Shown here: piece by piece, positions 1 through 8,480 of the stretch
How positions within the stretch are numbered: position 1 is the stretch's first letter
Layout: each line of letters begins with the position of its first letter
Assembly (NCBI RefSeq): GCF_000020025.1
Contig: NC_010628.1
Location: forward strand, 7,620,001-7,652,000
Source: Nostoc punctiforme PCC 73102
GTDB lineage: Bacteria > Cyanobacteriota > Cyanobacteriia > Cyanobacteriales > Nostocaceae
Length of the DNA stretch: 32,000 bases
Reading direction: 5' to 3'
Notes under the pieces: model-generated
Seen by the model: the letters and a program-made list of their open reading frames with translations, nothing else
Database searches by the model: none
What the model was told of the DNA's origin: nothing
Translations under genes and position numbers: made by a program

Positions 1-363
1 AAGCAATTCAAAATCCAAAATGTTCATGTAGCAGCTTCATAGATAAAAAGCACAATACTAGCAAGCTTCTTGGCATTCAGAATGCCCAGATCGGATACAT
101 ATTAGCTTCTTAAAGTCAAGAGATTTGCACTTTTCCAAAAATTTATCGACATATATAAAAATAAAATTAACAAAAATTAATATTCGTGTAAATTAAGTAT
201 ACTATTTAGCAGCCATTGGATTGTAAATCTCTCAAAAGTAACAGCATAAAATCCCCCAACAGGGCATTGCAAAAAAGGTGAAAATTTTGTTTGTTATTAA
301 TTTAGTGCCTTTATTTATTGTTGGTATTGAGTAAATAAACATCTAAAAAATACAGGGTAGATC

Positions 364-1287
364 ATGCATATTCCTGATGGATTTGTTTCTGTTCCGGTGG
401 CAGGGGCTACTGGTTTAGCCAGTGTAGCAGCACTTTTTATTGCCTTCGAGCGATCGCAAGAAGCTTTTGGTATCCGTCGTGCGCCCATACTGGGATTAAC
501 CACTGCCTTCATTTTTGCCGCCCAGATGATCAATTTTCCGGTAGCTGGAGGTACTAGTGGTCACTTATTAGGAGGAACCTTAGCTGCGATCGTTTTGGGT
601 AGTCCGTGGGCAGGGACGTTGTGTATTGCCACAGTTTTAATTATTCAAGCTGTGCTATTTGCTGATGGTGGCATTACAGCCTTGGGAGCAAACATTTTCA
701 ATATGGCAGTAGTTGGTGTTTGGGTAGGCTGGATTTTAACCCAAACCTTGCAACGGCTGTTGGGGGGATTTAAAGGGCGTTTACCCCTAGCTGCTGGTAT
801 AGCTGCTGGTGTAAGTGTAGTGGTAGCTGCTATAGCTTGTGCTATTGAGTTAGCCCTCTCTGGTACTGCACCTGTAGCCATAGTTTTACCAGCTATGACT
901 GGCGTACATATTTTGATTGGCATTGGCGAAGGGATAATTACTGGGGGTGTGCTGACTTATTTAGCTACAGCCCGACCAGATTTGTTACCAGGGGAACAGC
1001 AGGAATTTCGCGGGTGGTCAGTGCCTATTGTCACCATTTTCTTGATTGCAGGAGTGCTTTCACTCTTTGCCTCAGCCTGGCCTGATGGTTTGGAAAAAGT
1101 CGCTGAAAAGACAGGTTTCATTGATTTAGCTGCAAAAGTCCGGGTAATTGTGCCGACTCCCTTAGCTGACTATAGTATTAAGGGTTTGGGGCCAATTGGT
1201 ACTAGTATCGCTGGACTTATGGGAGCTACAGTTTGCTTTGCTGTAGCCTTTGGGATTGCCAAGGTGGTGAAACCGAAGAATGCTTAA
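364..1287 (+). CDS. cbiM: ECF-type cobalt/nickel transporter substrate-capture subunit (CbiM/NikM family) with C-terminal PDGLE-type extension
   Basis: 307-aa ORF starting MHIPDGF with a polytopic hydrophobic profile. GGTSGHLLGG and LFADGGITALGAN motifs are typical of CbiM. C-terminal WPDGLEK motif. The stop overlaps the next ORF start by 8 nt (ATGCTTAA). Confidence 0.85.
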   Translation: MHIPDGFVSVPVAGATGLASVAALFIAFERSQEAFGIRRAPILGLTTAFIFAAQMINFPVAGGTSGHLLGGTLAAIVLGSPWAGTLCIATVLIIQAVLFADGGITALGANIFNMAVVGVWVGWILTQTLQRLLGGFKGRLPLAAGIAAGVSVVVAAIACAIELALSGTAPVAIVLPAMTGVHILIGIGEGIITGGVLTYLATARPDLLPGEQQEFRGWSVPIVTIFLIAGVLSLFASAWPDGLEKVAEKTGFIDLAAKVRVIVPTPLADYSIKGLGPIGTSIAGLMGATVCFAVAFGIAKVVKPKNA

Positions 1288-1933
1288 ACTTTCTTTGCCA
1301 TTGCGTTTGCAGCTGTCTCTAGTGATTGTCGTGGGAGCAGCGTTACTAAAATATCATGCTTGGTATTGCTTAGGTGTATATGCCGCGATCGCACTTTTGT
1401 GGGCTTGGCTGTTGCACGTATCAATTCGCCACTTGGGAGGATTACTCGGTACAGAATTGATTTTTTTGTCATTGCTAGCCTTGCCTTTGGGATGGGAAAG
1501 AGCCAGCTTTTTACTGCTTCGTTCGCTGGTTTGTCTAGTTACTATGAATAGTTTTTTGTTAACCTTACCGCCCCACAGTTTTGGTATAGCCCTGAAAGGC
1601 TTACCCGTACCAGCACCTTTAAAAGAAAACTTGTTGTTAGCTGGGCAATATATGGAAATTTTGCTCTCAGAAGTAACCCGGATGCAGCGCAGCGCTCAAT
1701 TACGTGGTCTGCATGGAACTGCGGGATGGTTGCGCTACGCCAGTGCTGCCATGATCGGAGCCTTGTATCTCCGCAGTCTGGATAGGGCAGAACGAGTCTA
1801 TGGGGCAATGGTAGCTCGCGGTTACAACGGGCAATTGCCCATCGATTCTCCTCTCAGACCGAAAGAGCGTTTTGCCGTATTACTAGCTTGTGCGATCGCT
1901 GCTACTGTAACCCTAACTTCTTACAAAATTTAA
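1280..1933 (+). CDS. cbiQ: ECF transporter transmembrane (T) component, CbiQ family
   Basis: 217-aa hydrophobic ORF translationally coupled to cbiM. C-terminal RSLDRAERVYGAMVARGY resembles the conserved Ala-Arg-Gly coupling helices of ECF T components. It sits between the M and ATPase genes. Confidence 0.75.
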   Translation: MLKLSLPLRLQLSLVIVVGAALLKYHAWYCLGVYAAIALLWAWLLHVSIRHLGGLLGTELIFLSLLALPLGWERASFLLLRSLVCLVTMNSFLLTLPPHSFGIALKGLPVPAPLKENLLLAGQYMEILLSEVTRMQRSAQLRGLHGTAGWLRYASAAMIGALYLRSLDRAERVYGAMVARGYNGQLPIDSPLRPKERFAVLLACAIAATVTLTSYKI

Positions 1934-1969
1934 CCCAATTCTCACTCCGCAATATTGAGTTTGTGAATC

Positions 1970-2734
1970 TTGAAATCTTTAACATCTAATCCCCAACCAC
2001 CAACCCATAACCCCTACGCAACTGTCGTTGAAGTTGAGAACTTGGTTTATGCCTATTCTCGCCAGGAGCCAGTATTACAAGAGATTTCTTTTACTTTGAA
2101 TAAAGGCGATCGCGTCGCTTTGATGGGAGCAACTGGTTCTGGAAAAAGCACCTTGCTAGAGAACTTAATCGGCTTAAAACAACCCCAGACGGGGAAAATT
2201 ACCATTAATGGCATCCCCTTAGAGCCTAAAACTCTACCCCAAATACGCCGTCAAATTGGCTTTAGCTTTCAAGATGCCAACGACCAACTATTTATGCCCA
2301 CCATCTTAGAAGATATTACCTTTGGCCCACGCAACTACGGAATGTCACCAGCAGAGGCTAGCGATCGCGCCCAGCAGTTATTAGCTGATTTCGGACTAGA
2401 AGCCTACGCTAATCGCTCCGCTCACGAACTTTCTGGTGGACAAAAACGCCTTGCTGCCCTAGCCTCAATTTTAGCCTTAGATCCGACAATTCTAATTTTG
2501 GATGAGCCGACTAACGGTCTCGATCCAGCATGGCGACGACATTTAGCGCAAGTTTTGTTAAAGTTACCAGTGCAGGTGATGTTAATTGCTTCCCATGACC
2601 TAAATTGGTTAGGTAGAGTTACGCAACGCGCTTTGGTGCTGTCTGGTGGTCGAATTCAAATAGACGGCAATATTCAACCACTTTTGCAAGATGGTGCTAC
2701 TTTAGACCAGTTAGGTTTGCCCATAGATTGGTAA
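1970..2734 (+). CDS. cbiO: ECF transporter ATP-binding subunit (CbiO-like ABC ATPase)
   Basis: Walker A GATGSGKST, ABC signature LSGGQKR, Walker B ILILDEPT, H-loop ASHD. TTG start at 1970 as in the ORF track; the exact start is uncertain. Confidence 0.85.
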   Translation: MKSLTSNPQPPTHNPYATVVEVENLVYAYSRQEPVLQEISFTLNKGDRVALMGATGSGKSTLLENLIGLKQPQTGKITINGIPLEPKTLPQIRRQIGFSFQDANDQLFMPTILEDITFGPRNYGMSPAEASDRAQQLLADFGLEAYANRSAHELSGGQKRLAALASILALDPTILILDEPTNGLDPAWRRHLAQVLLKLPVQVMLIASHDLNWLGRVTQRALVLSGGRIQIDGNIQPLLQDGATLDQLGLPIDW

Positions 2735-2743
2735 TTTGAAATT

Positions 2744-2804
2744 GGGGCATGGGCACAGAAGTGGAGTTTAAAGACTCATCCACTATTCTCTCTGCCCATT
2801 GCCC
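2744..2804. repeat. compound stem-loop downstream of cbiO
   Basis: Outer arms GGGGCATGGGCA (2744-2755) and TGCCCATTGCCC (2793-2804) are imperfectly complementary. Inner arms AGTGGA (2760-2765) and TCCACT (2779-2784) pair perfectly. No T-tract follows, so it is not a canonical intrinsic terminator. Confidence 0.5.
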
Positions 2805-2844
2805 GTAATATTAGATACTATATTCTGGGTTTATTGCTGTTGGG

Positions 2845-3327
2845 GTGTTAATGTCTGTTTTACATAAATATACTGTTATTGCTCCTGTTAGCCTGAGCAT
2901 CGCTTTGTTTGTTACCAGTTGCAACGAAAATAAAGTTTCTCAGTGCCAGCGACTGATTCGAGTTGTAAATGCCGGAACTTCTCTGATTGATAACAATAAA
3001 GGAACGCAAGTCATCACCAGCATACAACTGTCTAAAGATTTAGAATTTGTGACTAAATCGATTAAGGAACTGAATTTAACAGATCCCAAGCTGAAACAAT
3101 TTCAAAGCGGTTTTGTCAATATTTTTCAGAATCTTAGTCAAGCGATCGCCAAAGCGGGTAGAGCGCTTGGTGCAACCAAGACAGCAGAAGCTTCAGAATC
3201 GGGTAGAGAAAAAATCCAAAAGGCTAGAACTGAAATTGACTCAGCACTGACAACAGCTACAAATCTTGGCAAGCAGTCAGATACGTTAGTCAATCAGATG
3301 AATAAGTATTGTAGCCAGCCAGAATAA
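2845..3327 (+). CDS. hypothetical lipoprotein
   Basis: 160-aa ORF (GTG 2845 or ATG 2851). The N-terminal hydrophobic stretch ends in the lipobox-like VTSC. The rest is polar and looks helical. No family recognised. Confidence 0.55.
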   Translation: MLMSVLHKYTVIAPVSLSIALFVTSCNENKVSQCQRLIRVVNAGTSLIDNNKGTQVITSIQLSKDLEFVTKSIKELNLTDPKLKQFQSGFVNIFQNLSQAIAKAGRALGATKTAEASESGREKIQKARTEIDSALTTATNLGKQSDTLVNQMNKYCSQPE

Positions 3328-3342
3328 TTTATCTGGGGAATT

Positions 3343-3480
3343 GGGCACAAGAGGCAGAGGGGCAGGGGGCAGGGAGCAAGGGGGAGAATGAAAAATTAAA
3401 TTACCTATTTCCCCTCTTCCCCCTGCCTCTGCTCCCCTTCCCCTGCTCCCCTGCTCCCCTGCCCCCTGCCCCCTGCCCCA
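3343..3480. repeat. G-rich / C-rich heptamer-type (STRR-like) repeat block forming a long imperfect inverted repeat
   Basis: The G-rich arm 3343-3388 (GGCAGAGGGGCAGGGGGCAGGGAGCAAGGGGGAG) faces the C-rich arm 3407-3480, which carries CCCCTGC/CCCTGCT-type units with roughly 7-nt periodicity. A related block lies at 17162-17214. Confidence 0.8.
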
Positions 3481-3578
3481 GTCATAGTAATTTTTATCAC
3501 TCTTTTTTCATAAATCTTCCTGATATACACCAAGTTTATCTGTCAAAAGAAATATTGGTGCAAGTCAAATGAAATACC

Positions 3579-5450
3579 ATGAGTGATATTAGTCTACTGA
3601 TGGCGGGTGTGCTAGCAACAGCGCCAATCTCTGCCCTTAATTTACCAGAAGAGCCTGTAATCACACCAGATAATCTGGTGCAGCAGTCAACACAAGAAAA
3701 TTTAGCTCAAGTTGTCTCGCCTGCTGAAATTCCACCGCCGGAATTTGTGCAGCCAGATATAACTACTTCATCAGCTATAAAGCATAAGTACGAAAATATA
3801 CTTAAAAAAAGCAGAGAAAAGATTCAATTTATAAATTCCCCTAATTTACCTGAGTTAAAAGATACTCAAGCTGTAAGAGAAGTTGCACAGAACCAGGAAA
3901 ACACAGAAGAATTCTCTCTATCTCCTCAGCCTCCAGATTCAAACAACCAAATGTCTCAAGTCACGTCGGTGTCACAACTTAAAGACGTGCAACCTTCCGA
4001 TTGGGCTTTTGATGCTTTGCAATCTCTAGTAGAACGCTATGGCTGTATTGCGGGATACGAGGGTGGGAATTATCTGGGAAACCGCACTATCAGTCGTTAT
4101 GAATTTGCGGCTGGTTTAAATGCTTGTTTAGAGAAGATTAACGAAGCGATTGCTAATAATAAAATTAATACTGTTAATAGTGAAGATTTAATCTTGCTGC
4201 AAAGGTTGCAAAGCGAATTCAAAGCAGAGTTGCAGCAATTACAGCAGCGTGTTGAGGCTGTAGAAAACCGGACTACTGAATTACAAGGCAATCAGTTCTC
4301 TACAACTACCAGATTATTTGGTCAAGCCATTTTTAGCGTTCAGGGAACCAATAGCCCCGATGTGGATTTGTTTCCTAGAGATGGAGTCCCTGAACGGCAG
4401 GGAAAAACCAATCTGACTTTTACAAGTAGTGCCCAATTAACCTTGGCAACTTCATTTACAGGGCGAGATTTGCTGTTAACAGGGTTGTCTGCGGGTAATT
4501 TGGGTTCTAATGCAGCGTTGCTCTCTACCAATATGGGGCGGTTGGGTTTCGAGTCAAATACAGACAACAATCTAGTTGTTAGTGACTTATCTTATCGATT
4601 TGTCGTCTCGGATAACTTGGGAATTGTCGTAGGTACGGCGGGAGTTAACCCCATCAACACCTTTCGGGGTATTAGTCCTTTAGAAGGTTCTAGCGACGGT
4701 GCAATTTCTCTATTTGGTCAGCGTAACCCGATTTTAAGTATTGGTAACGGCACTGGCGGTATCGGCTTGGATTGGCAAATTAGCGATCGCATCAGTTTGC
4801 AAGGCGTTTATAGTGCAGAAATCCCTAGTTTTTCTGGCAACATCAACCAGGGCGGACTCTTTGGCGGTAGATTTACTACTGGCGCTCAGTTAAGTTTAGC
4901 ACCCACCAATAACATCGATATCGGCGTACATTATCTTTATTCTCACTCCCCAGATGGCTTATTAGGAAGTGGTATCGGCGATTCTCAACTGATTTCGCCT
5001 TTTGCAGATGCAACAGCTTTTGATACCCAAGCCATTGGCGCTACCGTTGCTTGGCGAATCAATCCGAATTTGCAGTTGGGCGGTTGGGGTGGCTTTACTT
5101 CTTCCAAACCATTCAACCTTCCTGGAAGTGTAGAAACTACAAACTGGATGGTGTTCGCGGCTTTTCCCAATTTGCTGCGTCCTGGAAATTTAGGGGGCGT
5201 TCTCGTCGGACAACCGCCCAAAATTACTTCCAGTACTTTACCCGATGGCTTCAATTTTCCCAAGTTTTCTGATGGGGGAACAGCAGGTGGACGTAGTGAC
5301 ACATCAATTCACGTAGAACTTTTTTATCGCGCCCAACTGAGTGATAATATCGCCCTGACTCCAGGCTTATTCGTCATTTTCAATCCCGATCACAATGCTG
5401 CTAACGATACTTTAGTCGTTGGAGCATTAAGAGCAACTTTCCGGTTTTAA
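3579..5450 (+). CDS. outer-membrane porin with SLH domain, coiled-coil linker and OprB-like beta-barrel
   Basis: 623-aa ORF. SLH-type motif DVQPSDWAFDALQSLVERYGCIAGY...GNRTISRYEFAAGLNACL. Heptad-rich LQRLQSEFKAELQQLQQRVEAVENRTTELQ. The C-terminal half has an alternating beta-strand pattern and ends in the aromatic ...LRATFRF, as in OM barrels. Confidence 0.85.
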   Translation: MSDISLLMAGVLATAPISALNLPEEPVITPDNLVQQSTQENLAQVVSPAEIPPPEFVQPDITTSSAIKHKYENILKKSREKIQFINSPNLPELKDTQAVREVAQNQENTEEFSLSPQPPDSNNQMSQVTSVSQLKDVQPSDWAFDALQSLVERYGCIAGYEGGNYLGNRTISRYEFAAGLNACLEKINEAIANNKINTVNSEDLILLQRLQSEFKAELQQLQQRVEAVENRTTELQGNQFSTTTRLFGQAIFSVQGTNSPDVDLFPRDGVPERQGKTNLTFTSSAQLTLATSFTGRDLLLTGLSAGNLGSNAALLSTNMGRLGFESNTDNNLVVSDLSYRFVVSDNLGIVVGTAGVNPINTFRGISPLEGSSDGAISLFGQRNPILSIGNGTGGIGLDWQISDRISLQGVYSAEIPSFSGNINQGGLFGGRFTTGAQLSLAPTNNIDIGVHYLYSHSPDGLLGSGIGDSQLISPFADATAFDTQAIGATVAWRINPNLQLGGWGGFTSSKPFNLPGSVETTNWMVFAAFPNLLRPGNLGGVLVGQPPKITSSTLPDGFNFPKFSDGGTAGGRSDTSIHVELFYRAQLSDNIALTPGLFVIFNPDHNAANDTLVVGALRATFRF

Positions 5451-5588
5451 TTTTGTACTGATGTAAATGTAATAAAATACGCTATTTCATACTTGTTTAT
5501 TCAGTACGAAATGCTTTAATCAACCGATGGGAGCAAGGATCGCCCGTGCGTATTTTTTTTGATATGTAATTAAAGGAGCAAATTTTTT

Positions 5589-6731
5589 ATGAAATTACAT
5601 TCATCAACTAAGTTAGGTTGTGTTGTTCTTAGCAGCAGTAGTTTAGCCGCAGTCATCATCGCCTCATCTGGAACAAGTGCTTTTGCCCAAATCACAATTC
5701 AAAGCACTGGTACATTATCAGGTACTATCCAACTTCCCAGCATTAATCCTAATTTCAATGGCAGTACGACTCGTGTTGATACAGATGACACGGGGACTTA
5801 CTCACGAAACTTAGGTACTAAAAACAATCCTAATTACGTTCCTGTATACAAGTCAGGCTATGTGAAGGTACAAACACGCTCTGATGGTAGCCTGCATTAC
5901 TTTGTTGACTTTAAAGGCATTCCGATTGTCTCCTTTAATGGCCTTCTGAATTCGCCAATTCTCTCTGGTGGTGAGTTAACACCCTATAAATATCAGGGAA
6001 GATTAGCAGGAACCACATTTCAAGGAGTAGTCCAGGATGAATTTAATCTTACAAAAGCCTTATACACTGGTACTGTCACCGATCCAAACACCGGAAATCA
6101 ATATCAAGGAACCTTTGAAGTAAGTGGATATGGAGTGCGATATAGCGATCGCAATGGTGGTGCAACCCCCACAGTCTTTGATTTCAAGTCCGATATCCCA
6201 GGTTCGCCAAAGGTGACTTCTTTGGAAATGACTAACTCCCCCTTGGCGAGGATAACCATCAAAGTACCTGCAAATGCAACTCTTATAACTCCCACACCAG
6301 TTGGTGGTGGTAGTACGCCAACTCCTACACCCGTACCCGTAGTTAGTGGTGATAGTACACCTACTCCCCCGCCAGTAATTAGCGGTGGTAGTACACCCAT
6401 TCCTCCATTAGTCGTTGGTAGTAACACACCTACTTCTGAACCCGTAGCTAGTGTTGGTAGCACACTTACTTCTGCACCAGTAGTTTCTGATAGTAGTGCG
6501 ATCGCTTCCCCGACACCTACAACCTACACATCTGCCTCTAATTCTTCATCCCTTTCTACTACACCTAATATGGAATTCAGTAGTGGTAATTCGCTGGAGG
6601 CCAATCAAGTAGTGGTTAACCCTGCAACCCTTGCTCAAGCTGCATGTTCACAGGATTCTATCAATAGCTGTACCATACCAGCTTCACCCAAACAAGCGAT
6701 CGGCCCCCGTAGTCGAGTACTAGTACGTTAG
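5589..6731 (+). CDS. secreted hypothetical protein with C-terminal Pro/Thr/Ser-rich tandem repeats
   Basis: 380-aa ORF. Signal peptide ending SAFA-Q. Beta-rich N-terminal domain of about 230 aa. Degenerate ~13-aa units follow (VVSGDSTPTPPP / VISGGSTPIPPL / VVGSNTPTSEP / VASVGSTLTSAP). AGGAG-like sequence upstream (aaaggagcaaatttttt ATG). Confidence 0.7.
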   Translation: MKLHSSTKLGCVVLSSSSLAAVIIASSGTSAFAQITIQSTGTLSGTIQLPSINPNFNGSTTRVDTDDTGTYSRNLGTKNNPNYVPVYKSGYVKVQTRSDGSLHYFVDFKGIPIVSFNGLLNSPILSGGELTPYKYQGRLAGTTFQGVVQDEFNLTKALYTGTVTDPNTGNQYQGTFEVSGYGVRYSDRNGGATPTVFDFKSDIPGSPKVTSLEMTNSPLARITIKVPANATLITPTPVGGGSTPTPTPVPVVSGDSTPTPPPVISGGSTPIPPLVVGSNTPTSEPVASVGSTLTSAPVVSDSSAIASPTPTTYTSASNSSSLSTTPNMEFSSGNSLEANQVVVNPATLAQAACSQDSINSCTIPASPKQAIGPRSRVLVR

Positions 6732-6750
6732 TGATTTGAGAGCTTCTTTT

Positions 6751-7135
6751 GCCCCCCTTTTTTTACTACGGTGTACACACATCTTGGCAATGAAGCACAA
6801 ATCCCCAATTTACCCCCCTTAATCCCCCCTTGCAAAGGGGGGAAATATCCGGTTCTCCCCCTTTATAAGGGAGAGTTAGAGGGGGTCAGAAAGACTTGTG
6901 TATACACGTTTTTTTAAGGGGGGGTTGGTAGGGTGGTTTTATACAAGCAGAGAAAAACTAAAACTGGGTTTCAAAGCCTCTCTCCGCTTCGGGAAGATAT
7001 TTAGAGAGGGGTAAAAGCCGTGCCACAAGATGAGAAATCTAGACTTATGTATTTTTTTTCTTCGTATAAAACCACCCCTTTTTTTAAGGGAATCAAAAGT
7101 CTGTGAAATGACTCTAGAAGACTTGTATGTACAGC
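6751..7135. repeat. nest of MITE-like inverted repeats and small G/C-run hairpins
   Basis: Arm CCCCCCTTTTTTTACTACGGTGTACACACATCTTG (6751-6786) is inverted relative to AAGACTTGTGTATACACGTTTTTTTAAGGGGGGG (6890-6923). Partial extra copies of AGACTT(G/A)TGTA lie at 7040 and 7119. A second inverted repeat is GGTGGTTTTATAC (6931-6943) / GTATAAAACCACC (7063-7075). Internal hairpins include CCCCCCTTGCAAAGGGGGG. Confidence 0.7.
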
Positions 7136-7594
7136 ATAGCCCTGTAAAATGAGAGAGTTTGGGGAATGTAGTCTTGGCAAAAGTTTTAAGGTGCTTCTGG
7201 AACTCTAGCAGGACAAAATGGAATAAGTATGATAACCAGGACAGGGGCAACATTGCAATTAAAAAAGTCCACTAGAAGTTATTCGTGACGTTTTAGTTGC
7301 TCAGGCTTCGTCTCAGTGGTAGATTTAACCCTGATGATTTTCTGGCTATACTAGTGATTTAAGCTGATTGATTGATAAATTTCATCCCCCAGTATGAAAG
7401 ACATAAAAACTATAAATTTTAGACATAATATTAAGTGTGCATTTCGTTTTAAGCGACACAAAATCCTTGTCTGATCTTAGAGTAAATAAATTTCCTTGGA
7501 GGTAAAAAAATTTCATCAGTCAATCACTGAGGTTATTAACACTAACATTACAGAGTCAATCTAGAACAATCAAACATCTTCTGAGTTAGCACCT

Positions 7595-8251
7595 ATGAAA
7601 GAAGAATTAATAGCCAGAATTATACAAGTATTGCAAATTAATATGAGTTGGATGACTTGGAATTTATTTCTGGCTTTTATACCTTTGGCTTTGAGTGTGT
7701 GGCTATTTCGTATGAGGCGCGGTGGCACTTGGCTTTGGTGGCTAGGATTCTTAGTTTTCTATGCTTTCTTACCAAATGCACCATATTTGTTGACCGATGT
7801 AATCCACTTGATAGATGATATCCGCACAATCCAATCTGTGTGGATGATTACTTTAGTACTCATACCTTTGTATTTGCTAGTAATTCTCGGTGGATTTGAA
7901 GCTTACGTAATATCGTTAATTAATTGGGGTTACTACTTACATCGCATCGGTAAGAGCCAATGGATTTGGCGCGTTGAGTTAATTACACATTTTCTCTGCG
8001 CTGTTGGTGTTTATTGGGGAAGATTTTTACGTTTCAACAGTTGGGATTTTATAACTCAACCCGATGCCGTACTTACCAAAGGGGTAGAAGAAATTCTCGG
8101 AAAACAACCCTTAGTAATTATTGCTATCACCTTTGTGGTACTTGCAGGTTTGTACTGGATTATGAAACGAGTAACTTTAGGCCTTAGCAAACCAGGTAGT
8201 AGAATCGGGATCAAGTCAGAAAGCACTAACTCTAACACGCCAAACATTTGA
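7595..8251 (+). CDS. integral membrane protein, DUF1361-like
   Basis: 218-aa ORF with about 5-6 hydrophobic segments. PNAPYLLTDVIHL and RFLRFNSWD motifs match my recollection of DUF1361. Family assignment not verified. Confidence 0.65.
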   Translation: MKEELIARIIQVLQINMSWMTWNLFLAFIPLALSVWLFRMRRGGTWLWWLGFLVFYAFLPNAPYLLTDVIHLIDDIRTIQSVWMITLVLIPLYLLVILGGFEAYVISLINWGYYLHRIGKSQWIWRVELITHFLCAVGVYWGRFLRFNSWDFITQPDAVLTKGVEEILGKQPLVIIAITFVVLAGLYWIMKRVTLGLSKPGSRIGIKSESTNSNTPNI

Positions 8252-8480
8252 TGTTCCTGGCGATTTTAGATTTTAAATTTAGGGTTTTCATTAGTAATTC
8301 CATTGATGAATATTGCCTATCAAAAGAAAGATGCAATTAAACCCTCCTTAAGGTGAAATAAATTCAGAAGCAAACGGTCCGACTTTGACCGCCACCATCT
8401 GAGAATAACGTCCTATCAGATCGTTGAATATCGATGGTCTGATCTGATGTTTTCCTTTGCGTTGATACGAGGGGTATCTT

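Noticed and set aside
1-363. Cobalamin riboswitch upstream of cbiM
   Set aside because: No GC-rich B12-box-like core or multi-stem architecture is visible in this very AT-rich leader. Absence still needs cmscan confirmation.
3343-3480. Possible CRISPR array (also considered for 17162-17276)
   Set aside because: The repeat units are about 7 nt, contiguous and degenerate. There are no 25-40-nt repeats alternating with unique spacers, and no cas genes.
5455-5560. Terminator after the porin gene (GTACTGA...TCAGTAC inverted repeat and the T8 run at about 5553-5560)
   Set aside because: The stem next to the T-run is only 3-4 bp (CGC..GCG), and the longer inverted repeat is not followed by a T-tract. 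It is too weak to call.
6104-6463. 119-aa minus-strand ORF rich in Gly/Val/Pro
   Set aside because: It is the antisense reading of the Pro/Thr tandem repeats of the 380-aa secreted protein.
6939-7253. 104-aa minus-strand ORF
   Set aside because: It lies entirely within the MITE-like/hairpin repeat nest. Its composition is low-complexity and repeat-derived, and it has no recognisable family features.
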